Shown piece after piece: positions 39,969 through 54,023 of a DNA stretch of 64,000 nt. The DNA is from Octopus vulgaris. Its lineage: Eukaryota. The DNA lies in contig OX597832.1 of NCBI GenBank assembly GCA_951406725.2, positions 38,874,001-38,938,000 of the forward strand, written 5' to 3'. Numbering within the stretch: position 1 is the first letter of the stretch; every line of letters begins with the position of its first letter. The notes beneath the pieces are model-generated. The model had not been told where the DNA came from and made no database searches. It was given only the letters and a program-made list of their open reading frames with translations. The translations under genes were made by a program, and so were the position numbers.

Positions 39969-41217
39969 TAGCAGTGTTTTTATTAAAATCGTCAGACATA
40001 TGTAATTAAAATTAATGTTATAATAGACAAAAAGTGTGGCTGATCTGCTGAGTTTCGTTCTTTCAAAAACTGAAATGAAAGAAGGTCAGTATGACCGTCG
40101 TTATACATGTAGTGTTGCGGCACTTCACGTTTGATATAAATGAGTGTGTGTGCGTGAGTGTATACACATGTATATTTATATATATATACACATGCATATT
40201 CATATATATGTGTGTGTGTGCATGTTTGTATGTATGTATATCGTTATGTGTATTTATATATGTGTCTGTATATCTATATTACTCAAGTTTTCAAACTGTC
40301 CACTTAAAAATGTTAGTAATCGAACCCATTTTGTCTCGTATTAGTCTCATTACCAACATTTCAAAACGGATTGCTTACAAAAACTCTAACAATTTTTTAT
40401 ACATGAAACTTTTGGTACAGTTGTTAATATACAAATACAGATGTACATGTGTGTGCATGCGTGTCAGTGTATGTATGTATGTATTTACGTATGTATGCAT
40501 GTATGTATGTATGTACGTATGCATGCATGTATGTATGTATGTATGTATGTATGTATGTATGTATGTATGTATGCATGTATGTATGTACGTATGTATGTAT
40601 GTATGTATGTATATATGTATGTATGTATGTATGTATGCATGCATGTGCGTGTGTATTTCTGTGCATTTACAGTGTGTGTGTCTGCCTGTGTGCGTGTGTT
40701 CTGCCTTCTCTGAAAGTGGATATAAGTTCAAACATTAAAACTCTCTCTAACATGATATTTCATATATCACTGTTTTGTATTTTGCTCTTCAAAACACTTA
40801 GGACTGGCCAAATTCAACTACATCATGTATACAAATTACCTCCGTCACAAATCTATTCTTTTTCATTTTTGCATTGTATATGCCTAAAGTATCCTGTCTT
40901 AGATACAAGGCAGATGTCTGCTGTGATGATAACTACCATTGAGGCAGAAATGCGTAGTCAAAGCTGTCTTCTTCTGCCAAGACAAGCACACTGTCTTTAA
41001 CACGTTAGGTTTGAAGAATCGTGCGTTCTCGATATTATCTCCGTTCTTCACTTAAAATATTTTCTACCTTTTCTCTAAACAGAGATAATTTCTATTAAAC
41101 AGGATTACATCTTTTATGTCATTTAGTACGCTTTTACTTGGCTTTGACTTCTACCCCTCTCCATTACGCTTTCTTTGTATATATAAGTGGAGAGAGCAGG
41201 AAAAACAGAGATAGATG

Positions 41218-41254
<37 letters not shown>

Positions 41255-41525
41255 GCACACACAAATATATATGTATGTGTATGTGTGTATATAGAAATCC
41301 ATATGTATGTATGGTATGTGTGTGTCTCTAATGAAGATATATTGTATTTATCTTTAGACTATTGCTTGTTCCAATCATTAGACAGCGACCATAAATATAT
41401 GAGCATGTATATATACATATACATACGTAAGTATACACACACAAGCACACATACACACACACACACACATACATACACATATATGTATATAGGAATAATT
41501 ACTATGAAGGATTGCGTAAAATATA

Positions 41526-41751
41526 TTGTATAAATAATCGTGGGCAAGGCCAAAAACACAGCGAAGTAAATACAAGGTAATTCACAAGAAAACAAATATG
41601 TGAATTAACGTAGACTTACCTTGTATTCAATATTTCTTGACAATGGGATCCTAGACAAGGTAAGTCTATATTAATTCACATATTTGTTTTTTTTTTGTGA
41701 TTTACCTTGCATTTACTTTGCATTGTTTCAGCCTTAACCATGATCCTTTAT

Positions 41752-41755
<4 letters not shown>
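41526..41755. mobile_element. Palindromic MITE-like hairpin flanked by TA
   Basis: Arms of about 100 bp (AAAACAAATATGTGAATTAA..TAGACTTACCTTGT / ACAAGGTAAGTCTA..TTAATTCACATATTTGTTTT); ends TTGTATAAA...TTTATACAA. Confidence 0.75.
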
Positions 41756-41819
<64 letters not shown>

Positions 41820-41889
41820 TATATATACATAAAAGCGTATGTGTTTATGTATCTATAATTTGTATATACACATATATACATATATACAT

Positions 41890-41959
<70 letters not shown>

Positions 41960-42218
41960 TTATATAAAACATTATATACACAAGAAAAGTATAAATGAAT
42001 AAATATGTGTGTAGTTGGAGTGCCACATTCAGACATATCTATGTATAAATGTGTATGTATGTGTGTTTGTGTGACTGTGTGTATGTGTGTGCGTGTAGAG
42101 AGAGAAAGAGAAATGCATATATATACATATATACATATATATATACACATATATATATACATATGTGTGTGTATATATAAATATATATATACATATATAT
42201 ATATATACATATATATAT

Positions 42219-42285
<67 letters not shown>

Positions 42286-42504
42286 ATTTATATAGATAGA
42301 TTTGTGTGTGAGCGCATATACATGCATATACATATACTGGTGTATGGCGTGTGTGTATATTTATATGTGTGTCTGTACATATGTGCATGAGGTCTTTTAT
42401 TTAAGGTAATACATTATGAAGTTTATATGTAAATGTATATTTGCTCATCTGTATTTACATTCACGTGTACATGCATGCACATATACACATATATCAATAT
42501 ATAT

Positions 42505-42543
<39 letters not shown>

Positions 42544-42545
42544 CG

Positions 42546-42588
<43 letters not shown>

Positions 42589-43012
42589 GTATGTAGGTAT
42601 ATACACATATATTCATATATAGTTGTGTGTATATAATATGCGTATTATAAGCATGTATTCGTACATATGCAGCTATCTTCTCGCTTTCACGTGTGTGTGT
42701 CTGAGGGTATATAGACATGCATATATAAAGTGAGACACCGTGTGATGTACGTGAGCATACGTATATATGTATGTACACACGTTTGTGTACGCAATGCATG
42801 TATGGAGATTTGCGCCATGTATGTATATTTGTAAATATGCGTGTGTTAATGCATTTCCTCAATTTGGAGATATACATACATCTTGTGTATATTTCTGTTT
42901 CTCTCTGTTCGCTTTCCAGACATTTGTACATTACTGCATATACTCTATACGCACTTTCTGACAAGTTGTGGTGCACCTGAGCACTGTATACAATAATTTC
43001 ATTATTATTATT

Positions 43013-43018
43013 TTTATT
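43013..43018 (-). promoter_or_regulatory. Candidate polyadenylation signal (AATAAA) for the EGF receptor gene
   Basis: AATAAA on the minus strand about 300 nt after the stop codon; the hexamer is common in such AT-rich DNA. Confidence 0.25.
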
Positions 43019-43310
43019 AAATGTAAATTTACGCACAGACACATATGTATGCATGTTTGTATATATATTTATGTATGTGTGTGTGTGCATATGTATGTGC
43101 GCGTATATATATATATATGTATATATATATATGCGAGTTTGTGTGCGTGTATATACGTGTGTATGTTTGTGTGTCTGTCTGTCTGTACATATATGTGCTT
43201 ATGTAATTGTATAAGTCTACATTCTCAACGTACGTAATTGGTGAGAATGTGTGTTTTTATGTTTTCGTTTTCTTTCTCTGTCTGAGAAATCACAAAATTC
43301 CAGTGAAGTT

Positions 43311-43548
43311 TTACAATTTAAGGTAACTATTAAGGTTATTTTGTGCGGAAGGTTTCGGTGAAACCTCTTCGTTAGTGGTCTCCTCTACAGCACCATTGGG
43401 TACACGGGTGGATACGGGTAGAGATGAGTTGGATGGAAGCCAGGTATCGTTATCCTGGTAGCTTGATAATGTGGCTTCCCAGACGGCATCGATTGAAGGG
43501 CGTGCGTTGTTCAAATTGCTGATGTCAAGGGTCAGCTTGGTACATTCA
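43311..43548 (-). CDS. Terminal coding exon of the same receptor: cytoplasmic tail
   Basis: Acceptor ctttctttcatcatttcag|, phase 2 (GA|T=Asp), matching the TM exon. 238 nt to TAA: DECTKLTLDISNLNNARPSIDAVWEATLSSYQDNDTWLPSNSSLPVSTRVPNGAVEETTNEEVSPKPSAQNNLNSYLKL*. A higher-GC, complex island within simple repeats. Confidence 0.88.
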
Positions 43549-44420
43549 CTGAAATGATGAAAGAAAGACAAAGATTACATTTCATTCCAGCATTTTCTAT
43601 AATTTGCTAAATTTGCTCGTTGAAATGTCACATGACCTCATCACTGTTTTGTGAATCACATCGTTTCTAACTGCTTTATATCCACTCACCTGTTTTCACA
43701 CCCCCACCGTATATGTATGTATATATATATATGTATATTTATGTATACACACAAATACACAGACATTTACATGTATGTGTAAATTATAGAGCAGTAGAGT
43801 AATTAGATAAGGATAGTTATGGCCGGTCTTTGGGGTTAGCCAGGGTTTCACGTCCAAAAAGCGCTTAGGTTTACAGCATCTCTTGAGACTCTAATGGCTG
43901 ATGGACTATAAACTTTCTTCAAAGATGAGAGTGAAAAGACATCATATCTAGCTGTTGAACACACGGGCAAAGGAGAAGGCGTAAAACGTGTGTAGGTAGG
44001 ATGTTCCTGAGGCTAGTAGATAAGCACTTTACACAATCACATAGGCACAGGCGCATATTCAACAGACAGAACCTAAGAATCTTATAATAGTTCCGAATAG
44101 TAAGAGTATTTTAGTTAACACCCCTATACCACGAGCAGAGCCGAGATGCTCATACAAGAACTACAGCAGATGCCCAGTGAGAGGTAAATGCGAAACCAGG
44201 GGAGTCGTTTAAGAGGCTGAGGTGGTACCCGAGCCGAATATCCGTGGCAGCTTCCCCAACTAGCACCATCGTTAATGATAATTCTAATAATGATAACAAT
44301 AATAACGATAGCTGCAGCAACATCAACACCAATAACGCCGCCGATGATGTCCCCTGAGCCAGTATTAACGATGCCACCACCGACACCAACACAAACAACG
44401 CCAGCACCAGCAACATCGGG

Positions 44421-44525
<105 letters not shown>

Positions 44526-44553
44526 GTACATATATATATATATATATATATGT

Positions 44554-44627
<74 letters not shown>

Positions 44628-45353
44628 TGTAATTGTGCCCCTCACTTCATAGAACCACCCCTACATCTGCCACATATTCTCTGAGTAATACACAACGGTC
44701 TTGAAATTAAAAGAGATTGAAAACGTGGTCTTAGACATTGTCCTGTTTTTCATTCAGATAGTACGCCTGAAATATAGAGCGGATAGTCACGAATGGAGTG
44801 TCTTAAATCACAGATTGGATCAGTATCAGAATCAACGAAGGGTTAAAGAAGAATAACATGGTAAATATAAGCATGGCTGGAAAAGTTTCCACCATAGGTT
44901 AGCTGAGTGAAGAAGGAACACGATATAAAAAAAAAAGCAGGAATTGCTAAGCAATGTAGTACCAATTTCTATACAACAGAGGAACAGAGCTTGGTGCAGC
45001 ATTTTGACATATCGATTTAAATAGAGAAAAAAATGAAATCATGTTTAGATGCCGCTTCGAAAACAAATATTGCTGCAATTAATTATAGGCGAAAGATAAG
45101 CGTCATCACAGTGGCCTCTCGCTGTTTTAGAAAAATGGTTTCCAGCCATCCACCCACCATATAAGTAACAATGGTAATGATAATGATACTGATATTGTAC
45201 ACACACCCGTATCTATGCATGTACGTATTTATGTGCATGTATAAGCGCGTTTGTATAAGGGTATGTATTCGTATTTATAACAATGCATACACATGTAAAT
45301 GAATATACATTTGGTTATGTATATGTACACGTATTCACGCACACATATGTGCT

Positions 45354-45440
<87 letters not shown>

Positions 45441-45536
45441 ATATATATATATGTATATATATTTGTATATGTATGTAGATCTGTATACATTTATAGATAT
45501 AGGGGTATGTTCTCACACACACGCTCACACACACAT

Positions 45537-45567
<31 letters not shown>

Positions 45568-46457
45568 CATGCATATACACATATATGCATACACAGTCAT
45601 ACATATATGTGCATATATTCATTACATATATATATATAGACACAGACAGGCACACACATATAAACACACACACACGTATATATACATATGCACATTCACT
45701 CAAAGAATATAGAAAGAAAAGAATGAACAGAGAGAGAGAGAGAGAGAGATTGAGAGAGACAAAAGTGTGTAAGTGAAATAAATAAACACTCTCTTATTTG
45801 TTGAATAATATATGAAATCGCATTACTTCATAACCAGAAAATATTCCATTGATATCGCTTTGCTATCGATTTTCGTTCATAATCTGAACTGTGAAACAAG
45901 ATTAACAGCCTTGCAGCGAACTATTCGATTCGGCTGTTCTTCTTTTCTCACGTCTCTCTTCCTCCATGTCTCCTTCTACTAAATATTTTCCCTTCCAAGT
46001 CAACTAGAAAGGAGGCTCCAATGAAGACAAAAAAAAAAAAAAAAAAACACACCATAAAACTAATTTTCTCCAAGAACAAATAGTTAAACATCGTAAAATA
46101 TTCCTAACCGACAACAACAACAATAACAAAAATAACAATATCATTAACAACACTAGCAGTAACAACAACAACAACAATAGGAAGAAAAAAGAACGCCAAT
46201 AACAATAACGGGAAAGCAATACCATCCATGCTTTATTCAGAAATGTCATCCCCGCCTCAGATCTTTTGAATAATATCTCCATACTATTGTATTTATTTAA
46301 TCGAAAGTTTATTTTGTTTTATGTTAGTTGTTTCCTTAGTTCTTTCTTGTTCTCGAACTCAATTAAGCGACGTTTTATACATACATATCCATATACTACA
46401 TACACATATATAGATATATCCATGCACGCATACATAGACAGACATACACACACACAA

Positions 46458-46532
<75 letters not shown>

Positions 46533-47385
46533 CTCATATACACATACATATTCACAGAAAAAACACACATATGTATATGTAGATATATACATACATACAT
46601 ACATCCATACATATATATACACATATATATTGACATTGTACATATACGTATACACATATATATATGCGGATGCATATGATTATACGTGTATATATAAATA
46701 TATATATATGTATATATACATATATGTTTGAACACATACATATATATGTAGTATATTCATGCATACATACATACATATATACATACGTACATACACACAT
46801 ACGTGCATATACGCACACGTGCATATACACACATGCATGTATGTCTCACTGTATATATATATTGATATATATGTATATACATTTATATGTAACTATATAT
46901 ATGTGTGTGTGTGTGTGTCCGTATATATAAGTATGTAAACGTAAGTGCCTATGTATAAACGCATGCACAAACGCATACGCAAAATAGATTAATGTTTAAA
47001 TATATCAATAGCGAAATAGTGTGAAGATATTAGCATACAATTCTTCAAGTGTTACTTTTAAGTTTGGATTGTCAGCTATGATTAAGAGTTCAATTAGTGG
47101 AAGCAAATCTTTATTTTCGATATAAGTTTATACAGAACAAAGATAACAGAGATTCTTGAATATGTTTACTAAGTCAGGTAAGTAACTGAACGTTATCTGT
47201 GTTGAGCAGAAAGCTGTGTAAATAGATTAAAGATTTTGTTTACTCTAGGAATTTTGTAAGGGAATGAAAATGGAAATGTGGGACAATCGTGCATTCTTTT
47301 AATGCATTAATGCTTGAAATCGAACAGGTATCACGGCGCTAGAGTTGCGTCAACGAATGGATTACAGGTGAAAATGCTCTTTTTA

Positions 47386-47613
47386 CGCTTTTACTTGTTT
47401 TAGTCATTTGACTGCGGCGGCCATGCTAGAGCGCCGCCTTTAGACGAGCAAATCGACCCCAGGATTTATTTTTTGTAAGCCTAGTACTTATTCTCTATCG
47501 GTCTCTTTTGCCGAACCGCTAAGTTACGGGGACGTAAACACACCAGCATCGGTTGTCAAGCGATGTTGGGTGGGGGAGACAAACATAGAAACACAAACAT
47601 GTACACACACACT

Positions 47614-47650
<37 letters not shown>

Positions 47651-47720
47651 TGAGGCTATAGTAGAAGACACTTGCATGTGGTTGGTAAGCAAGCTACTTA
47701 CCACACAGCTACGCCTGCGC
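47386..47720 (-). mobile_element. Microsatellite-bearing SINE with internal deletions (intronic)
   Basis: Homologous to 30295-30702 but lacks the B-box region and part of the body. Confidence 0.85.
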
Positions 47721-49685
47721 ATATATGTGCATCAGTGACTTCTAGCGGTGGAAGCCTGGGCTACGAATATCTTGTCCCACAGAGGATGTTTCCGGTTAAT
47801 TTGGAGTACCCCCTGGTATATATACACGTATTCAACTTTCGTGGTTCTGAGATTCACGTTTCCGACCTCCGAACTTAATTTGAGGAATGAAACAAGGAAA
47901 TACTTTTTAAGAATAATCATAAATAGAAACACAAAAGAAGTATTTGACTGGATTTGTGTATAACTGCTTTTTTAATGGAAACTGCGTTTTATTTGTTGTT
48001 TGGTTTGTTTCATTCAAGTGTATTTTTTTTTATCAGTATTATTGTTATTATTATTATTATTATTATTACAATCACAGAGATAAGAAAAAGTTTGCCAAAA
48101 GTTAAGAATACATTTTTTTTGTAAATGAAATCTGTTTTCATATTTGTTTGGGGAATGAGAGACAGGGAAAATAACTTTGGCTTCATTCTTTTTCATATTT
48201 AAGCCCCCCCCCTGCATTTTCTTAAATGAAATTTTCTATAGAGATAAATTTTTTAAGGAATGAAAATATTGAAATCTTTTTCATTGAAAAATAAGGAAAG
48301 GAGAACACAGATTCACACCGTCAAACTTTGTGTGAATTAGCTAAAGATGGAAGTTGCTAGAAACTTTTTATCCTTCTCTACTCTGGCTTAAAAAAGCTGA
48401 ATAGGTTTAGCTAATATTTTTACTTTTGTGGCTTAGTTTCATGCTAGTGTCAAAGAATTTGGACATGGGTCTTCAGCAGATATTTTACAGAAGCCGAGGA
48501 AGCAAAAGACACCGACTGCAAATAGGACGAGATATCTCAACCAAATTTCTACGTGAGAATAACAACAAATGAATTTCAAGACGAGATACTAACCACTCGA
48601 GCATTTGTTAGTAGCAAATTCTCGACTGGTCTTTGCAATTATTTCTGAAGAGTGAAGGACATTTTTGACACTGACTTTGGCGTAACGAAGACTATTATTG
48701 TTCTTGAGCCTAGTTACGATAAGAACGGGAATAAGCATACTTGTTGTCTTTACTTAATGGAAAAGGTTTTAGTTTTACCACAGAATAAAGAAAACCTTGA
48801 ATTCAGGAAATGATATTGTTTGCATAAACTGAAACATCTACTAAGTAATTTTCAACAAACACATCTGCCATAGAAAATTTGTGACGAGAAGTTTTGTGAC
48901 ATTATTACATAATATATTTCCAAGTTCGTTTTCGCTTTTTTCGCGTTCTTTAGAAATCTTCTCTTTGTCGCATTTCAGGCTATTATAGATGTCTTTGAGA
49001 ATGAAAAGCAAGTTCTGAACGCATTTTGAATTTTGAGTATATATTTTTTTTTACAATATACTTTATTATTCTTTTACTTTTAGTCACCACTTTCCCATCT
49101 TTAATATTTTCTATTATTTGAACGTCAATGGAGTTTTGTGAATGATCTAAAATATCTGTAAATATTATTATTCTATTTTACTATCATTTATTCACTTCCT
49201 GTTTATTCATTTTGGTTAGTTAGCTGGAATTATCATTTCATATGCATCCAATCAAACATATTTCTACGTGATCTTTTTTTTCTTTTCAAGCAAGCATCCA
49301 AATGCATCCAATCAAATGCTCACTGTAGATTCTCCTTATTTGAATATTCTTTTTAATGATTTCCTGCTTCAATCCTTACATTATGAAATCCAGTCATAAA
49401 ATTTGAAGTGTCCATGGCGTTCTTTTTCCTTCTTTTAAGCGGTTAAGTTTTTTTCTATCCTCGTCATTATACACGCACACATATAAACATGTATATGATA
49501 ATAAAAAAAAAATAAACATAGGACAACATTAGCGCCGATAGCTACACCTCGTCGATCGTTGAGCAAATATCATTACGATTTCGACACCTTCCAACATGTA
49601 TGTGTATGCGTGTGTGGCTGTATGTGTGCTTGTGTGTGTGTGTGTGCGCGTGTATGCGCGCGCACGTATGTTCGCGTGTGTGTAT

Positions 49686-51035
49686 GAAGGATGGAAGGAA
49701 GGAAGGAAGGAAAGAAGGAAGGAAGGAAGGAAGGAAGGAAGGAAGGAAAGAAGGAAGGAAGGAAGGAAGGAAGGAAGGAAGGAAGGAAGGAAGGAAGGAA
49801 GGAAGGAAGGAAGGAAGGAAGGAAAGAAGGAAGGAAGGAAGGAAGGATGGAAGGAAGGAAAGAAGGAAGGAAGGAAGGAAAGAAGGACGGAAAGAAGGAA
49901 GGAAGGAAGAAAGGAAGGAAGGAAGGAAGGAAGGAAGGAAGGAAGGAAGGATGGAAGGAAAGAAGGAAGGAAGGAAGGAAGGAAGGAAGGAAGGAAGGAA
50001 GGAAAGAAGGAAGGAATGAATGAATGAAGGAAGGAAGGAAGGAAGGAAGGATGGATGGAAGGAAGGAAAGAAGGAAGGAAGGAAGGAAGGAAGGAAGGAA
50101 GGAAGGAAGAAAGGAAGGAAGAAGGAAGGAAGGAAGGAATGAAAGAAGGAAGAAAGGAAGGATGGATGGAAGGAAGGAAAGAAGGAAGGAAGGAAGGAAG
50201 GAAGGAAGGAAGGAAGGAAGGAAGGAAGGAAGGAAGGAAGGAAGGAAGGAAGGAAGGAAGGAAGGAAGGAAGGAAGGAAGGAAGGAAGGAAGGAAGGAAG
50301 GAAGGAAGGAAGGAATGAAGGAAGGAAGGAAGGAAGGAATGAATGAAGGAAGGAAGGAAGGATGGATGGATGGAAGGAAGGAAAGAAGGAAGGAAGGAAA
50401 GAAGGAAGGAAGGAAGGAAGGAAGGATGAAAGGAAGGAAGGAAGGAAGGAAGGAAGGAAGGAAGGAAGGAAGGAAGGAAGGAAGGAAGGAAGGAAGGAAG
50501 GAAGGAAGGATGGATGGATGGATGGAAGGAAGGAAAGAAGGAAGGAAGGGAAGAAGGAAGGAAGGAAGGAAGGAAGGATGAAAGGAAGGAAGGAAGGAAG
50601 GAAGGAAGGAAGGAAGGAAAGAAGGAAGGAAGGAAGGAAGGAAGGAAGGAAGGAAGGAAGGAAGGAAGGAAGGAAAGAAGGAAGGAAGGAAGGAAGGAAT
50701 GAAGGAATGAAGGAAGGAAGGAATGAAGGAAGGAAGGATGGATGGAAGGAAGGAAAGAAGGAAGGAAAGAAAGAAGGAAGAAAGTAAGGAAGGAAAGAAG
50801 GAAGGAAGGAAGGAAGGACAGAAAGAAAGAAGGAAGGAAAGAAGGAAAGAAGGAAGGAAGGAAGGAAGGAAAGAAAGAAGGAAGGAAGGAAGGAAGGAAG
50901 GAAGGAAGGAAGGAAGGAAGGAAGGAAAGAAGGAAGGAAGGAAAGAAAGAAGGAAGGAAGGAAAGAAGGAAGGAAGGAAAGAAGGAAGGGAGGAAGGGAA
51001 GGAAGGAAGGAAAGAAAGAAGGAAGGAAGGAAGGA
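49686..51035 (+). repeat. (GGAA)n polypurine satellite of about 1.35 kb in the last intron
   Basis: Directly visible; source of the spurious 489-526 aa ORFs. Confidence 0.98.
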
Positions 51036-51688
51036 GTAACATGTACTATTTACTTTTGATTTACTGATAACGGACACGAATAACATGAACACTAACAGCA
51101 AAACCAGCAACAATAACACCAACTACAACAACAAAATCATCAACACCACCACCACCACCAATACTAGTTCTAACAATAATTATCACTCTCTGCAGTCACC
51201 TAGTAACACTGAAAATACTAATGTTCATAAGTCTCCCAAATAATGTAATCGTTCAAACAAACTTTTATGCCCTTTCAATAAGTTATGCCTCACTAAAAAT
51301 TTTATCTAAAGATGTCATGTAATAACTAGTCTAACTACATTTACCTACATAGGTTCCGCTTCTCGTTATGTTAAGCAAAAAATATATACTCATTTTTATA
51401 CTTTTAATAAACGTAATAAAACTAAGATTACATCACTCACGGAAAAATATGGGGAATCAAAACAAAAAAAAAATAGATTCCAAATTACTTGGGGAATAAT
51501 AAAATATGCAGTACCCTGGTTCTGATGACATTTAATGCGCTTAGTTATGGGAAATGCTTAAATGTTTGAATAATACATTTCACAAATCTAACGAGCTTCA
51601 GGTAAAATGATTGCCCTGAATTAGGAAAGCATTTTCATACTTTAAACCTGTCATCTAATATGCTTCGAATACTTGCTACTTATCTGTC

Positions 51689-52074
51689 GTGGAGGCGCAA
51701 TGGCACAGTGGTTAGGGAAGCGGACTCGCGGTCGTAGGATCGCGGTTTCGATTCCCAGACCGGGCGTTGTGAGTGTTTATTGAGCGAAAACACCTAAAGC
51801 TCCACGAGGCTCCGGCAGGGATGGTGGTGATCCCTGCTGTACTCTTTCACCACAACTTTCTCTCACTCTTACTTCCTGTTTCTGTTGTACCTGTATTTCA
51901 AAGGGCCGGCTTTGTCACTCTCTGTGTCACGCTGAATATCCCCGAGAACAACGTTAAGGGTACACGTGTCTGTGGAGTGCTCAGCCACTTACACGTTAAT
52001 TTCACGAGCAGGCTGTTCCGTTGATCGGATCAACCGGATCCCTCGTCGTCGTAACCGACGGAGTGCTTCCATCC
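51689..52074 (+). mobile_element. tRNA-derived SINE with an 11-bp TSD (intronic, antisense to the gene)
   Basis: A box TGGCACAGTGG, B box TTTCGATTCC; 3' half homologous to 11325-11510; TSD ACTTATCT(G/A)TC at 51678 and 52075. Confidence 0.9.
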
Positions 52075-52159
52075 ACTTATCTATCACTTCGTGGCTTCTG
52101 GTTTAACCATATTTTATAAAGTAGTTAAGTATACTTGTCTCATTCAAATATTATTTATA

Positions 52160-52292
52160 GACGAGGTCGACTTTGCCTTTCATCCTTTTGGAGTCGATAA
52201 ATTAAGTACCAGTTGCATACTGGGGTCGATCTAATCGACTGGCCCCCTCCCCCCAAAGTCTCGTGCTTTGTGCCTACAGTAGAAAAGGATAT
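52160..52292 (+). mobile_element. 5'-truncated Nin/Deu-like SINE, alternative tail
   Basis: GAGGTCGACTTTGCCTTTCATCC..., with tail CCCCTCCCCC...TTGTGCCTACAGTAGAAAAGGAT. Confidence 0.75.
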
Positions 52293-52667
52293 TTTATGTC
52301 AAACCAAGGCTACAACACATCTATGATTCTTGTATGTTTTCAACGTGAAAATTAGCCATGAAATGATTTACATAAGTGAATTTAAATACTATGGTCGTTT
52401 CATCACTCCCCCTTAGATGGCGCTTTAAGCCACACCAGCTAATTTTCCTACCAATTTATGTGTTCCTTTACAAAGAACCAGTAATCCAACGACGTTTGAT
52501 TAATCTGGGTTTATGTATGGATTCTCACATGTTTGAAATATTACATGCTCAACATTTTACAAGTTACAAGATAATGAGGTATGTGTTACGATGTAATCTA
52601 TGAATACATCAGTAAAATTCTACCGAAGCAGATGTCGTAGATTTTAAACGCCATTTGTGCTCTCGGT

Positions 52668-52701
52668 TATATATATACGTATATATTGATGCATACACAC
52701 A

Positions 52702-52749
<48 letters not shown>

Positions 52750-52782
52750 GATGTGTGTATGCATCAATATATACGTATATAT
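52668..52782. repeat. Near-perfect palindrome centred on (TA)n
   Basis: ATACGTATATATTGATGCATACACACATGTACAT-(TA)n-ATGTAGATGTGTGTATGCATCAATATATACGTAT, with one mismatch. Confidence 0.85.
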
Positions 52783-52784
52783 AC

Positions 52785-52841
<57 letters not shown>

Positions 52842-53276
52842 GTACATATATATGTGCATATATACATGCATAGGTACACACACACATGGAGAAACACGCG
52901 TATGTCTGTCTGTAGGAATGTATAAGATTTCTGCCGGAATCTAATTCACGCAAAGTATGCATGAGATATAACATGATTGCATGCATGCCATCAGGTTCTA
53001 TATATAAAATTTTCCTTTTTTTTTTTGAAAGAGAGATGGGAAACGTGTAGATACATAATACGATGTATAACATTCTATACATACATTGTTTCGATATTTA
53101 ACATGACATGCGCTTATTTAAGCGCTTGCAGGCATCAGTGATGTGTAAGTGTGTGCATCTTTATTATCCTTTATGTAAATTTATGTATGTATAGGTGTAT
53201 ACACACACACGACATATAAACTAAGTATATATCGATATATATATGTGTGTGCATGTGCTTGTGTGCAGGCGCGCGA

Positions 53277-53315
<39 letters not shown>

Positions 53316-53451
53316 TGTCTTGGAATATTTACACTTACCTCCCCGAAATTTACCAGAATTTACCATATAAAAATGACATTTGAAAAAGTCACGTTTCAGT
53401 GTATAACTCTTTGGCTTCATGGCCTATTTCGATAGAAAGACAAATACGTAC

Positions 53452-53665
53452 TCTCTGTGACGCCTGTAACGCGGTCTCCGGTGCCATATCTTTGAATAGG
53501 ATCTGTGTAAGCGACAGTAGCATGTTCCAAGGATGATAAGAACAAATACCAAGGCTCCTCCTAGCGTTCCACCGAGGATGTAAATACTGTGAATGTGGTG
53601 GGCCCGTGTGCTGTCTCTGAATGAATACGGATGATTCTCCATTGGTTGTGGGGCAAAGAGGTCGA
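53452..53665 (-). CDS. Exon of the same receptor: stalk, transmembrane helix and basic juxtamembrane segment
   Basis: 214 nt between ttctttttcacttcag| and |gtacgt, phase 1/2, joining the EGF exon as G|TC=Val. Translates VDLFAPQPMENHPYSFRDSTRAHHIHSIYILGGTLGGALVFVLIILGTCYCRLHRSYSKIWHRRPRYRRHR: about 23 hydrophobic residues followed by an Arg-rich stop-transfer segment. Confidence 0.92.
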
Positions 53666-53782
53666 CTGAAGTGAAAAAGAACAATACAAAATATTAACAT
53701 TAACAAATGCATAATCGCTTGAATACCAAAAAAAAACAACCAATAATCAAAAATTGATTATTATGAAACTATAATTATGTCG

Positions 53783-53928
53783 CAGAGGTCGACTTTGCCT
53801 TTCATCCTTTCGGGGTCCATTAAATAAGTACCAGTTACGTACTGGGGTCGACGTAATCGACTTAATCCTTTTGTCTGTCCTTGTTTGCCCCCTCTATGTT
53901 TAGCCCCTTGTGGGCAGTAAAGAAATAA
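53783..53928 (+). mobile_element. 5'-truncated Nin/Deu-like SINE
   Basis: Starts at GAGGTCGACTTTGCC and ends CCCCTTGTGGGCAGTAAAGAAATA. Confidence 0.85.
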
Positions 53929-54023
53929 ATATTTTGTATCAAAGTTGTGAGTCGAAGCTTCCCACTCACACACTTTACCCCTCTCTTTCGCTTTGTTTAT
54001 CTCTATCTATCTATCTATCTATC

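Noticed and set aside
49542-51122. Long ORFs of 526 and 489 aa (SFLP and KEGR repeats)
   Set aside because: They are translations of the (GGAA)n satellite, which lacks stop codons in most frames.
51689-51765. tRNA-like sequences here and at 11575-11645 and 32060-32129
   Set aside because: They are SINE heads: they continue into shared SINE bodies, two have TSDs, and none shows a proper acceptor stem.
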